In this document: in pieces, positions 54,187 through 63,488 of the stretch
Layout: every line of letters begins with the position of its first letter
How positions within the stretch are numbered: position 1 is the stretch's first letter
Source of the DNA: a virus
Lineage: Duplodnaviria > Caudoviricetes
Reading direction: 5' to 3' (one strand)
Length of the DNA stretch: 64,000 nt
Virus record (IMG/VR): IMGVR_UViG_3300044557_000107
Coordinates: 32,001 to 96,000 of that record
The notes under the pieces: generated by a model
What the model was told of the DNA's origin: nothing
Seen by the model: only the letters and a program-made list of their open reading frames with translations
Databases searched by the model: none
Translations under genes and position numbers: made by a program

Positions 54187-55047
54187 CTATGCTAGTGTTG
54201 CTGTAGGCTTTGCGGACTGAATAGTTTTAATTAAGTCATAATGGACGGTATAGGTGGAAGTATAACTAAAAGATACTTGAATTCCATATACGGGAAGGTC
54301 TTTAGGAGTACCATCAACAAGAGCTACAGCATCTTCTTGATAGCTAGGTAAGTTAAGTCCAAATGGGCCTTCATTGGTTTCTTTGATGAGAATAACAATG
54401 AATTTTAGTAAATTATCTAAGCATCGTAAGACATCCATATTACTAGATATGATATAAATATCCAAGGTATCTTCGATGCTAAATCCTTTGGCAATTCCGG
54501 AGTACTTAGAGTTATCACCCGTAAGCAAAGCATAATAGCTTACACCAAGGTAGTTTCCTAAAATGCTTTCTGAAATGCCCTTTAAGTTAATACGTTTCTG
54601 GTTTGAATCATCAAGACTATAAACATTATTAGATACCCCCTGAACAGCCGCTAGACTTCCAATAGGATTAGATGTAGCTAGAAAGTATCCTTGTGAGTCT
54701 TGTTGAACTTGTAGATTTTCTTGAGTAATTCCAGTATCCCAATTACTATACTGGGTAACATTATTTCCAATATCACTGTTCTGTTTTTGAGCACCTCCAC
54801 GTGTCAGTACATAGAGTGCATCGAATCCCAGGGTATTATCTGGAAACGTATAATCAACAGTAATATTATGCTCCGGATTAGTTCCCCCAAAGGCTTTCTT
54901 AAATGAAGCTACTACGTTAGGCTCAAGGTCTCCTAAAGCGCTATCTGTAATATAAGTTTCATTATTGGTTCCTACGCAACTTAGTATTTTGTCTAAGTAC
55001 TCTGTAAGCATTTTCTTGAAGTAACTATCATAAGATACAATTGACAC
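54187..55047 (-). CDS. Tail completion/terminator-like neck protein
   Basis: Synteny; S.NMD..RCLD..LK motif. Confidence 0.65.
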   Translation of the reverse strand: MSIVSYDSYFKKMLTEYLDKILSCVGTNNETYITDSALGDLEPNVVASFKKAFGGTNPEHNITVDYTFPDNTLGFDALYVLTRGGAQKQNSDIGNNVTQYSNWDTGITQENLQVQQDSQGYFLATSNPIGSLAAVQGVSNNVYSLDDSNQKRINLKGISESILGNYLGVSYYALLTGDNSKYSGIAKGFSIEDTLDIYIISSNMDVLRCLDNLLKFIVILIKETNEGPFGLNLPSYQEDAVALVDGTPKDLPVYGIQVSFSYTSTYTVHYDLIKTIQSAKPTATLA

Positions 55048-55667
55048 TATAGGTCACCTACTTTCTCTACCATCTGCTTGAACATTCGATCCATATTGTT
55101 AATCATAGTCTTACTAAAGTTATCTTCGTTAATACGATCACGATTTAGAATCCATGCGGAGGGGCTTGTTTTATCTGATACAGTTCTGAAAGATACATAC
55201 ATAGACTTAGATCCCTGACTGATCCTTGTAAGATTTTTAGATACAGGTGTGTAATTAGCATAACTAATAGTGCTGTTACTACTTCGGTTCTCATATAAAA
55301 GAGACACTGTGGATGTTCCGGATAGCTTGCTTGGGGGAATAACTATGCTATGAGCTTGCCGATATAATGCGTTGCTCATACCAGCTACCTTGCGGCGAAT
55401 AGGAACTACTAGATACCACCCACCTGATTTACTACGCTTAGCAAAGGGACTCGCCTTGAAGAAAGGTTTTAAATCTACTACACCGTGTTTATTTGCGCGT
55501 TGTGCAGTTACTTCAAGATAATGCGGTGAAACTTTAGGGTTTAAACCGAACTGTGAAGCAACTACGGCCGCTCGATTAATAATGTCTTGGGAAAGATTAT
55601 CTCCGATGTTTTTTAGATATTTATCAGTATTTTCAAATAGATCTGGCTTAGTTACTTTTTCTGTCAA
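55047..55667 (-). CDS. Neck/virion morphogenesis protein
   Basis: DLKPFF, GGWYLVVPIR and FRTVS..S...W motifs. Confidence 0.65.
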   Translation of the reverse strand: MTEKVTKPDLFENTDKYLKNIGDNLSQDIINRAAVVASQFGLNPKVSPHYLEVTAQRANKHGVVDLKPFFKASPFAKRSKSGGWYLVVPIRRKVAGMSNALYRQAHSIVIPPSKLSGTSTVSLLYENRSSNSTISYANYTPVSKNLTRISQGSKSMYVSFRTVSDKTSPSAWILNRDRINEDNFSKTMINNMDRMFKQMVEKVGDL

Positions 55668-56644
55668 ATATGGAAGCCTTCTTTACTAATGTCAGGGATA
55701 GAGCCAATAGTATTATTACCAGTGACCTCATTTAAGGATTCATTTAAGTTATTTAAAATATCAGAGCTACTTGCAAGACTCTTAGTCGTTTCTCCAATAA
55801 TACTTTGTTCTCGTGTTAGCTCACATAACTTTGGCAATGCTTCATAGCGAATATGCTTATCTAGGATACCTCGGCTAGAATACTGATAGCGATTTTCCTT
55901 GTCAATATTTGTTATGATATACCTTAAAGTCATATCAAACCTGATGGATATGTTCTGATTTAGCAGGTCTTTATTCAGTACTTTAAATAGTTGATTTTTA
56001 GTGTCATAGCTAAAGTCTATATCTTGCTTGAGTTGTTTCTTTGAGTATCCTACATATAGGAATTTGTATACTCGGTAGGGTAATCGAATACCTTTATCTA
56101 TGATATTTTGTTTAGCATTAAAGATGAAGGCTTGGATAACGTGAATATCCGGGCAAGTAATTCGGTCCCTTGTAGCTACAGGTGTTTCCATCTGGGTAGT
56201 TCCTAAAGCATCACCTTTTTGGTATACTCCCATGTTATTATAAGTTTCTTTTCGGTTCTGTGATTGGATCATCATTTTAATAGAGACTCCAGGAAGATAC
56301 GCGCGTCCAGTTCCTCCACAGATTGGACAATTAATATCTGGTTTACCGGTATCGGGATCTCGGCAAGTACATAAATAACTGCGTTCCCAGATGACTTGCA
56401 TACCATGATCTTCTACAAATTTATACAGATCAGATGTTTCAAAGTCTACACTTAAAGATGAGTTACTTTTCCGTGGTGTATTCTGATCACTTGAGTAGTC
56501 ATTCTCGCCCTTATTATACGAATAGGTAGAATTACTCCTTAGATCATTTTCAACGGTGCTTGATGGTAACGTAGGGTACTCTGGAATAGATGTGGCATCG
56601 TCTGTCTTAGAGGATTCTGAAAAGCTGATTGGTTTTTCTCCCAT
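55664..56644 (-). CDS. Neck (head-tail joining) protein with Zn finger
   Basis: WERSYLCTC...CPICGGTG. Confidence 0.7.
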   Translation of the reverse strand: MGEKPISFSESSKTDDATSIPEYPTLPSSTVENDLRSNSTYSYNKGENDYSSDQNTPRKSNSSLSVDFETSDLYKFVEDHGMQVIWERSYLCTCRDPDTGKPDINCPICGGTGRAYLPGVSIKMMIQSQNRKETYNNMGVYQKGDALGTTQMETPVATRDRITCPDIHVIQAFIFNAKQNIIDKGIRLPYRVYKFLYVGYSKKQLKQDIDFSYDTKNQLFKVLNKDLLNQNISIRFDMTLRYIITNIDKENRYQYSSRGILDKHIRYEALPKLCELTREQSIIGETTKSLASSSDILNNLNESLNEVTGNNTIGSIPDISKEGFHI

Positions 56645-56668
56645 AGTTTTTGATAGACTCCTTTCTGG

Positions 56669-57568
56669 TTAGACACTATATAAGGGAACTACGTACTTAG
56701 ATTTCAAACTAGCTTCAAGACTTGCAATATCGTTCCGAACAAGATCAATATCCGCCGCAGAACCAGTATACATAGCACTTTGAGTAGTAACTACTCGTTC
56801 ACTAATTCCATCCATAGTAATTTCTTTTTCGGCGATACCAGCACCTAGAATAAGTTTCCCCCATTGTTCCAGGATTTCAATTAAGCAATATTTAAGGATA
56901 AGTTCTTGTAGGGAAGCAGGTATTTCCCAGTCTTGATTATAATTCCCGTTCTTAGCCGGTAGCATTCCAGCAACGTAGTCTAAACTAAACACTTGAGGAG
57001 CATTATTTGATCCTGGAGCCATTGCAACACCATACCCATAACCATAAGGGAACATTGCGGCTAACGCGGCGTTATTAAACGTGCTACTTACACCATTTCC
57101 AAGTAGGAAACTGGTTAAAGGGTACGCCTGAATACTGCCGAACAGATTGTATACACGCCACCACTGTGAAGGATATGCCATCATTTGAGTAAGTCCGAAC
57201 TGCATTTCCATTGATTCAACCTGAATAACCGGATGCTTATATAACTTTATATTATTATAAGAGTTAACATCTGCTTCATACATATCGTGTTTTTCTCGTT
57301 GAATAAGTCGAGGGAAAATAGCAATATCCAGCTTGTGTTCTGCAAGTGCAATTTTAGTTTGTATCATTCGCTTATAGAATGTATCTGGAAGTTCTTTTCC
57401 TGTATTAGGGTCAACTACGTTTAGTCCAAATAAGTATGCTTTAATTGCGTCTGGTGTTAAATCATAATCTGCTACTGACAGTGTGTCTAAGTCTGCTAAA
57501 TTAACATGCTTAGGGTTTCCTTGAGAATAGGGTGCCGCAGTAGGGTTAGTTAGATCAGTTAAAGGCAT
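56669..57568 (-). CDS. Neck (adaptor) protein
   Basis: DAIKAYLFG, YVAGMLP, WG.LI.GAGIA and TTQSAMY motifs. Confidence 0.75.
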   Translation of the reverse strand: MPLTDLTNPTAAPYSQGNPKHVNLADLDTLSVADYDLTPDAIKAYLFGLNVVDPNTGKELPDTFYKRMIQTKIALAEHKLDIAIFPRLIQREKHDMYEADVNSYNNIKLYKHPVIQVESMEMQFGLTQMMAYPSQWWRVYNLFGSIQAYPLTSFLLGNGVSSTFNNAALAAMFPYGYGYGVAMAPGSNNAPQVFSLDYVAGMLPAKNGNYNQDWEIPASLQELILKYCLIEILEQWGKLILGAGIAEKEITMDGISERVVTTQSAMYTGSAADIDLVRNDIASLEASLKSKYVVPLYSV

Positions 57569-57580
57569 TTAGATTCTCCT

Positions 57581-57841
57581 TTACTTTTTATCCGTAGTTT
57601 TTGTAGTAGTACTTTTTCGGGTCCGCGGAGTTCTTGTAGTTTTTTTAGTCGTTGTTTTAGAGGTTACCGTATCAGTTGCTTTAGCCGGTTTCTTGTTAGG
57701 CGTAAAAGTGTACCAACGCAGGTCTTTAAATTCTTGTTCTTGGTCTTCTGTTAGTCCTTTAATAACACCTTGACCATCAATAGTTACTTCTCCAAACTTG
57801 GTACCTAATTTCATATTTCTTAGTACTTTTTGTTTTAACAT
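57581..57841 (-). CDS. Small basic virion-associated protein
   Basis: Follows the capsid gene; K/T/R-rich C-terminus. Confidence 0.6.
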   Translation of the reverse strand: MLKQKVLRNMKLGTKFGEVTIDGQGVIKGLTEDQEQEFKDLRWYTFTPNKKPAKATDTVTSKTTTKKTTRTPRTRKSTTTKTTDKK

Positions 57842-57864
57842 ATTTTTAATCCTCCTGTATAATT

Positions 57865-57890
57865 AAAAAGGAAGGCATTCCGCCTTCCTC
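57865..57890 (-). terminator. Terminator after the major capsid gene
   Basis: AGGAAGGC-loop-GCCTTCCTTTTT. Confidence 0.75.
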
Positions 57891-57915
57891 CTCGATGAAC
57901 AACACTAGTATTAAA

Positions 57916-59367
57916 TTAGAATTGTGGTACTGCTGGAGTGTATCCAACGTTCTTGATGCGAGCGAAACGCTTTGGCGCGATAAGAGCTAAAGCACCATTC
58001 CAGATAACTGACCAAGCCAGTGTTTTGTTTTGTGTAGGCAATGGAAGTGACATCAAAGGTAACAATTCGTAAAGACGAATAGTCAAGTTATTTACTTCAC
58101 CAACAAAGACATCTACAGTAGCTGGAATGTTTTCGTTACGATCGACAAAGGTAATTACACCGTTAACAGCTTGGTTAACACCTACTCGGTTGATCAAGTA
58201 GTATTGACCAGAAGCGTTATCTAAACGGTAGATTGAAGCAAACTTAGGTGTAGCTGTATAAGTTGCAGGAACCGTAATTGCCAATGAAATTGATGAGTCT
58301 ACCTTGTCTAATGCCGCATTAACTTCCGTATATACGGATTGAGCTTGATCAGACCAAAGGGTTACTCGATAAGATACCGTCCCAATGTCAGAAGCTGTAA
58401 ACTTAGCATTGTCTGTTTCTTTAACAGTTGGAGTAGCAACGGCTGGAGCTTCAGGAGCATTTTGACCGCCTAAGAACTGTGTATCCAGGAACTTATCATT
58501 TTCCATTACGGCTGAACCATTAAGTTCAATCTGTGAAATAGTAGATGACCATTGGGTTACATTAAGGCCCGCAGTTACTGAATTAGTATTTTGGCCACCA
58601 ATACCATTTGAGAAGTAACGAGCATTTGGAATGAATGATGTAGAGAATTTAGATAGAACTCCTAAAGGCATGAAAGCGTCCGTTGGAGTACCATATCCTT
58701 TAGCAACATACAAGCAAGCGGTATTAAGAAGTTCTGGAGTTAAATCTGCTCCACGAGCATCAATAACATTGTTAGGATCAATCTGTTGAGTCAATCCATT
58801 AAATTCCAGACCTTCTCCGCCGCCCATGTTATCTTGAACTTCGTCTGTTAATGACTTGTCACCATAGAACGAAGCCCATTCAATACCCTTAACGACTGAG
58901 ACAATAGCGTCATCTGTGTAAATTTGGACAGGTTGGGCAATATTGTCTACGGCTTGGGAGATCAATGATACTGAACGCGTTGCCGATAGGTTCTTAGTAC
59001 GTACTAAGCGACGATGCATAGCAGGATCTGATGGGGCACTTAGGCCAACTTCTGTATCGAACATTGAGTGACCTGTCTCACCATGCCGATCAAAGGTTGT
59101 ATATTCTACTACAGTTGAGGCTGACTTCAACTTAGGAAGTTTACTGAAGAATACCATAGCTTGAGACGAATAAGACAGTTGACTTACTCGGTTGTCTAAG
59201 AATTGACGACGTAGGGCCGGGACACCCGCAAGAGTTTCAGGATCTACATCCGTTCCTGTTACAGCGGCTTTCTGTACAATTTCATTTAATCCATCGCTAT
59301 TTACATCAAGCGCTTGAGGAAAGCTTTTAAGAGCATTTTGTTGTTGTAGGCTTAATTTTTCGCTCAT
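57916..59367 (-). CDS. Major capsid protein
   Basis: ALRRQFLD, IEWASFYGD, GLEFNGL, GYGTPTDAFMP and GALALIAPK motifs. Confidence 0.95.
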   Translation of the reverse strand: MSEKLSLQQQNALKSFPQALDVNSDGLNEIVQKAAVTGTDVDPETLAGVPALRRQFLDNRVSQLSYSSQAMVFFSKLPKLKSASTVVEYTTFDRHGETGHSMFDTEVGLSAPSDPAMHRRLVRTKNLSATRSVSLISQAVDNIAQPVQIYTDDAIVSVVKGIEWASFYGDKSLTDEVQDNMGGGEGLEFNGLTQQIDPNNVIDARGADLTPELLNTACLYVAKGYGTPTDAFMPLGVLSKFSTSFIPNARYFSNGIGGQNTNSVTAGLNVTQWSSTISQIELNGSAVMENDKFLDTQFLGGQNAPEAPAVATPTVKETDNAKFTASDIGTVSYRVTLWSDQAQSVYTEVNAALDKVDSSISLAITVPATYTATPKFASIYRLDNASGQYYLINRVGVNQAVNGVITFVDRNENIPATVDVFVGEVNNLTIRLYELLPLMSLPLPTQNKTLAWSVIWNGALALIAPKRFARIKNVGYTPAVPQF

Positions 59368-59413
59368 TTAGTTTATTTGCACCTTTCATTAATTAATTAA
59401 TTACTTTCAGAAA

Positions 59414-59421
59414 TAATATAG
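59414..59421 (-). promoter_or_regulatory. Putative late promoter CTATATTA (capsid)
   Basis: Motif plus TTTCTGAAAG. Confidence 0.7.
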
Positions 59422-59445
59422 CTAGTTGCATGGTATAGAGGTTGT

Positions 59446-60510
59446 TTAGCCCTTATTCTTCTTGTTGAGGAATTCAAAGACTTCAACTGCGTCCTCATCA
59501 GTTGCGTTACCATAGAAAGCTTTTCCAAGGATGTCTTGGAAATGACGAGTCTTATATCCTAATATATTGCCTTTAGCAAACTCTGTTTCAAATGATTGTT
59601 GGAACTCATCCTGGATTTCTGGAGTTAAAGATTTTGCAGTAATTTTGTCTGTACCACTTTCAGTGGCTTTAGTTTCTTGAACATTTTGGTGTTGCTCAGG
59701 AGATAGCCGGTCCACAAAATTGACAGATTGTCCATTGGCATCTTTGGCAGATTTTACAGTTTCCTCAGGTGCTTTTACGTCATCTTGGGGATCTTCTGGG
59801 ATACTAGTAGACTTTTCAGACTTTTTATCTTTATCCTTATCAGAGTCTTCTTTTTCTGGTCCTTGATCTTCGGGCTTCATTGAGTCATCTGGTTTATCTG
59901 TAGACTTTTTCTTATCTTTGTCTTCTTTGTGGCTTTCTTCAATATCGTCGTCTTCATCGTCATCTTTGTGCATGTTATCACAGTTTTTATCTGTATCTTT
60001 AGTAGCCTTTAAGCTTTCTAACAAAGGAACGATTGGTTCAATATGTTTGTTAATTGCTTCATCTAAGTTATTATAGGCTTTAGCAGATAATTCAATTAAA
60101 TGATTGAAGTCTTCATAGCTAACACTCTTAGTTACTTCATGATTTTCTTCAAAGCTTCGCTTGAAACTATCGTTTTGACTAGCTGTTTGCTGAGCTAAGT
60201 TGTCCAGCTTTGCAGATAATATATCAATCTTTTTACCAAATCCATCAATCATAGTTTTTAATTCTGGTGACATAGGAATATCTGTAACAGATTCTGGTTT
60301 ATTGCCTTTTTCAAAGTCTTTCGTATCAGAAGCACCACCATCATCATATTCACTTTTCTTAGCAGTTTCTTTGTCAGAGTCTTTAGTAGAATCTTTAGTA
60401 GAATCCTTTACGTCATTTTCTTTAGTATCTTTCTTATCCGAATCTTCTGGCTTATTATTTAATGACTTTTCAAATTCGTCTAAGATACTGTTGTTTTCTT
60501 TTTCTGCCAT
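59446..60510 (-). CDS. Capsid scaffolding-like acidic protein
   Basis: D/E/K-rich, repeated KS motifs, between protease and capsid. Confidence 0.65.
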   Translation of the reverse strand: MAEKENNSILDEFEKSLNNKPEDSDKKDTKENDVKDSTKDSTKDSDKETAKKSEYDDGGASDTKDFEKGNKPESVTDIPMSPELKTMIDGFGKKIDILSAKLDNLAQQTASQNDSFKRSFEENHEVTKSVSYEDFNHLIELSAKAYNNLDEAINKHIEPIVPLLESLKATKDTDKNCDNMHKDDDEDDDIEESHKEDKDKKKSTDKPDDSMKPEDQGPEKEDSDKDKDKKSEKSTSIPEDPQDDVKAPEETVKSAKDANGQSVNFVDRLSPEQHQNVQETKATESGTDKITAKSLTPEIQDEFQQSFETEFAKGNILGYKTRHFQDILGKAFYGNATDEDAVEVFEFLNKKNKG

Positions 60511-60511
60511 T

Positions 60512-61318
60512 CTAATTTATATCTCCTTCGTTAATAAACTTAATTGCATCCTTTCGACCAATGCCCGCGCCTAATTGCAATAAAACACATTTAGTAGTAT
60601 TATCTAAGGCTCCTCGTGCGAGAAGTTCCTTTTCAGTATCTCGAAAAAGGTCTTTAAAGTTATCTCGCCGGATAGCCGATGTTAAACATGAGATACTATC
60701 CGCTAGGTTACTAATAGATAAAACTCCAGAGTGTTGATCCAAGTTCTCAGGGTTAGCTGGAAATCCTGTTTCGTAGTCTTTGTCCAGATGATCTTTAAAA
60801 GACTTTTCAAAAGACTCCCAAGTAGCCTCGGGATTGGCAGGGTGCGTTGTAATAGCTACATTAAGAACTTTTAAACCAGTTATTTTTGTGTTATCATTGG
60901 GATCACGACTAGTAATGTAACCCTCAATAGAGAATCCAAGATTTCTTTGAGAATCTGCATTTTTCATAGATTTTGATAAGTCCCACATTTCTTGTACAAT
61001 AGGCTTATCTTTATATAAAAGCGCAGTAACATGAAGACCTTCGGCGTCTACATAACAGCTATTTGATAAAGGTTCTCCTACAATATCACGAGGAGCTTGT
61101 TTGTGGTCAAAATTAATGAAGCCATAGTCTTTAAAATAACCAATATTTAAACCATTAGGATCTACACTTTCTCCATCAAGGTCTTTATCACCAGTTGAGG
61201 CGATTCCCTTAATGTACCATTGCTTTTCCTTTGTTGGATTATTGTCTTGAGGCTCAATACTAAAACTGGAGAACTCTCCGGAGCCTACAAATAGTTTTCC
61301 TTTAGTGTATACTTGCAA
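60512..61318 (-). CDS. Prohead protease
   Basis: GIAST...DLDGE, INFDH, GFSIEG and PANPEATW motifs; TTG start at 61318 after AGAGGT preferred over 61366. Confidence 0.88.
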   Translation of the reverse strand: MQVYTKGKLFVGSGEFSSFSIEPQDNNPTKEKQWYIKGIASTGDKDLDGESVDPNGLNIGYFKDYGFINFDHKQAPRDIVGEPLSNSCYVDAEGLHVTALLYKDKPIVQEMWDLSKSMKNADSQRNLGFSIEGYITSRDPNDNTKITGLKVLNVAITTHPANPEATWESFEKSFKDHLDKDYETGFPANPENLDQHSGVLSISNLADSISCLTSAIRRDNFKDLFRDTEKELLARGALDNTTKCVLLQLGAGIGRKDAIKFINEGDIN

Positions 61319-61397
61319 GGTATCAGTTACCTCTTTCGTTTTAGATTTAATGCAGGATACTCTCAAAATACTGAGGTGTGGTCCTGCTTTTCAGAAA

Positions 61398-61405
61398 TAA
61401 TATAG
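61398..61405 (-). promoter_or_regulatory. Putative late promoter CTATATTA (protease/scaffold)
   Basis: Motif plus TTTCTGAAAAG. Confidence 0.7.
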
Positions 61406-61410
61406 TGCTA

Positions 61411-63060
61411 TTAGCGGAGTTCTCCATTTTGTTTAACTCCAGCTCTATCTGATGGTTTAGTTTTACCATCAAAGCCATGTTGTTGGTCCTGAAAGTTACT
61501 ATTAGGTTTATTAGGGTCTGGATTACCAGCTTGAGTATTACTAGGAATCGTAGCAAATTCCTTAAGTAAATTTATAGTATCCATCGCAAAGGTGTGCTCT
61601 ACTGTTTTCTCTTGAATAGTCTGAGCCGCGCGCTGAATAGCATATTGATTAAGTACTACATCGTCCCCAGGAATATGCCCACGGAGTTTCTTTTCCTTCC
61701 GTACTTCATGAACAGTTTTATAAGATGACAACTCTTTAGCTAGCTTATCAATTTCTTGAAGTTCTGCCGAAGTATCTCCACCAATAAATTTAAACTTATA
61801 TTCATCACCGAAGTTAGGCTTTACTAAGTATCGGTTAATCGCATCTTCAATAGCTATCATTAAAGGACGTAATCCACGGTTTTTCGAGTCCTGAATCTTT
61901 TGAGATGAGTTTCCTTCATTAAGAGAATGTGACTTAGTACCAGTAGCTCCTCCCCGATTAGGGAAACCAATTTCTGCGGAGTCAATACCGAAAACAGCAG
62001 AGATGATATAAATTAAATAATTTAACCATTTTTCAAATTCCATATCTCTAGCTTGCGGTGTTAAGTTAACGTATTGAATATCATCAGGGGCACTAATTAC
62101 AGGCATTTGCCAAGATCCGTTAATACCCTGAAGGGATACATTCCACATTCTTTTAAAGTCATCCATAGCTTGACGAGACTGTGCTTGAGTAGCATCGCCA
62201 CTTTGCTTAAGATTAAGAATTCCCCGAGTAGTTCCACCATGAGAGAAAAAGCGATCATTAAATATTTCTGTGTTCTCGTGTGCCATAAATTCTCGGATAC
62301 AGATCATTAGTTCAGATAATCCATATCCAGAACTATAAATATCTGACTGAGGATTTCTGATAACCATTGCCAATTCTTTATCATCGAAGAATCGTCTAAC
62401 TTGCTGGTCTACTACTTGCACATAGCGTTTACCTGAGTTAACTAGCTTTCCATCATCATTAGCTCTAAAGAATATTGTTGAAGGGTCAACCATGGTTGTA
62501 TACAGCCACTTACCATGCTTGCTATCATAAACATTTTCAAAGTTTACTTGGTCATAAACATAGGTGTCATGAACAAACATTTTAATAAACTGATGAAGAT
62601 CCATATGCCGATTTGACGAAGCAATCCCCATGTTCATTACTTGCTTTTCTAAACGTTTAAACAATTCTCTTTCACGGGCATTTGGCTTCCGATCAATGTC
62701 CTCAAAACCGATGCTGAATCCCACTCCCTGTTCAGATTCTTCAACGGGCTGACAGAAAGTTAATACTTGCCCTGACCGAGTATTTAAAATAGCATTTAGA
62801 ACTGGATTATTTGCATACGTTTTTAGCGTAGCATTAACTGATGCAACACCGTTATAAAATGGCTTATCACGGAATCCAGGATTAATGCCCCCAATAGAAA
62901 TAGAATTGAAGGGTTCTGTAATCGCTGTAGTTTTACCATGGTACCCCTTAGTGACATCTGGCATACCTTTAAGTTGATTATCTAGTATTTTTTGGTAATC
63001 GTTTAGTTCTTTATTGGTAACTGCATCTTTATTAGAAGATGCAAATGGATTAAGTTTCAA
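61411..63060 (-). CDS. Portal protein
   Basis: YDQVNFE, GYGLSEL, FNDRFFSHGGTTRGIL and DMEFEKWLNYLI motifs. Confidence 0.95.
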   Translation of the reverse strand: MKLNPFASSNKDAVTNKELNDYQKILDNQLKGMPDVTKGYHGKTTAITEPFNSISIGGINPGFRDKPFYNGVASVNATLKTYANNPVLNAILNTRSGQVLTFCQPVEESEQGVGFSIGFEDIDRKPNARERELFKRLEKQVMNMGIASSNRHMDLHQFIKMFVHDTYVYDQVNFENVYDSKHGKWLYTTMVDPSTIFFRANDDGKLVNSGKRYVQVVDQQVRRFFDDKELAMVIRNPQSDIYSSGYGLSELMICIREFMAHENTEIFNDRFFSHGGTTRGILNLKQSGDATQAQSRQAMDDFKRMWNVSLQGINGSWQMPVISAPDDIQYVNLTPQARDMEFEKWLNYLIYIISAVFGIDSAEIGFPNRGGATGTKSHSLNEGNSSQKIQDSKNRGLRPLMIAIEDAINRYLVKPNFGDEYKFKFIGGDTSAELQEIDKLAKELSSYKTVHEVRKEKKLRGHIPGDDVVLNQYAIQRAAQTIQEKTVEHTFAMDTINLLKEFATIPSNTQAGNPDPNKPNSNFQDQQHGFDGKTKPSDRAGVKQNGELR

Positions 63061-63075
63061 AGTTCCACCACCTTC

Positions 63076-63423
63076 CTATTCATAGTACTGGAAACTATCC
63101 TTTCCTAGTACAGTTTCGTCACTAAGAAATTCCGTAGTTTTATGCAATTTTTCGATATTCTCAAAGGCCTTTTTCATTACCGTAGCTTCGTGGGTACTGA
63201 TTGATAATAGCCCATCATCTTTCAAAACATAAGTAATATCTTGATCTGTATTTGCGAGTACTCGATAGCGGGACTTATTCTCCGTATCTACAACGTACAG
63301 TTGAATACAGTTACCACCTAGTGCATTATAAAGAGTAATAACATAGCACCAGTCGTTATTTTTACCTTCACGCTTGCTTAAAGTCTTTGCTTTGTTCCAT
63401 AAAGTATCAGTAGTAAAGTTCAA
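63076..63423 (-). CDS. Conserved hypothetical protein before the portal
   Basis: W..AK......DW.YV..LY..LGG; synteny. Confidence 0.6.
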   Translation of the reverse strand: MNFTTDTLWNKAKTLSKREGKNNDWCYVITLYNALGGNCIQLYVVDTENKSRYRVLANTDQDITYVLKDDGLLSISTHEATVMKKAFENIEKLHKTTEFLSDETVLGKDSFQYYE

Positions 63424-63466
63424 AATTCTACCTCTTTTGCTAAAATATTATTAGTTCTTACAATAA

Positions 63467-63474
63467 TAATATAG
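63467..63474 (-). promoter_or_regulatory. Putative late promoter CTATATTA (portal operon)
   Basis: Motif match. Confidence 0.55.
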
Positions 63475-63488
63475 TTTTCACTTAATTT

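Noticed and set aside
3127-62310. Numerous short + strand and nested minus-strand ORFs (e.g. 7487-7822, 47564-48022, 60200-60574, 10060-10326, 3127-3318)
   Set aside because: Shadow frames of well-supported genes, with no motifs or RBS
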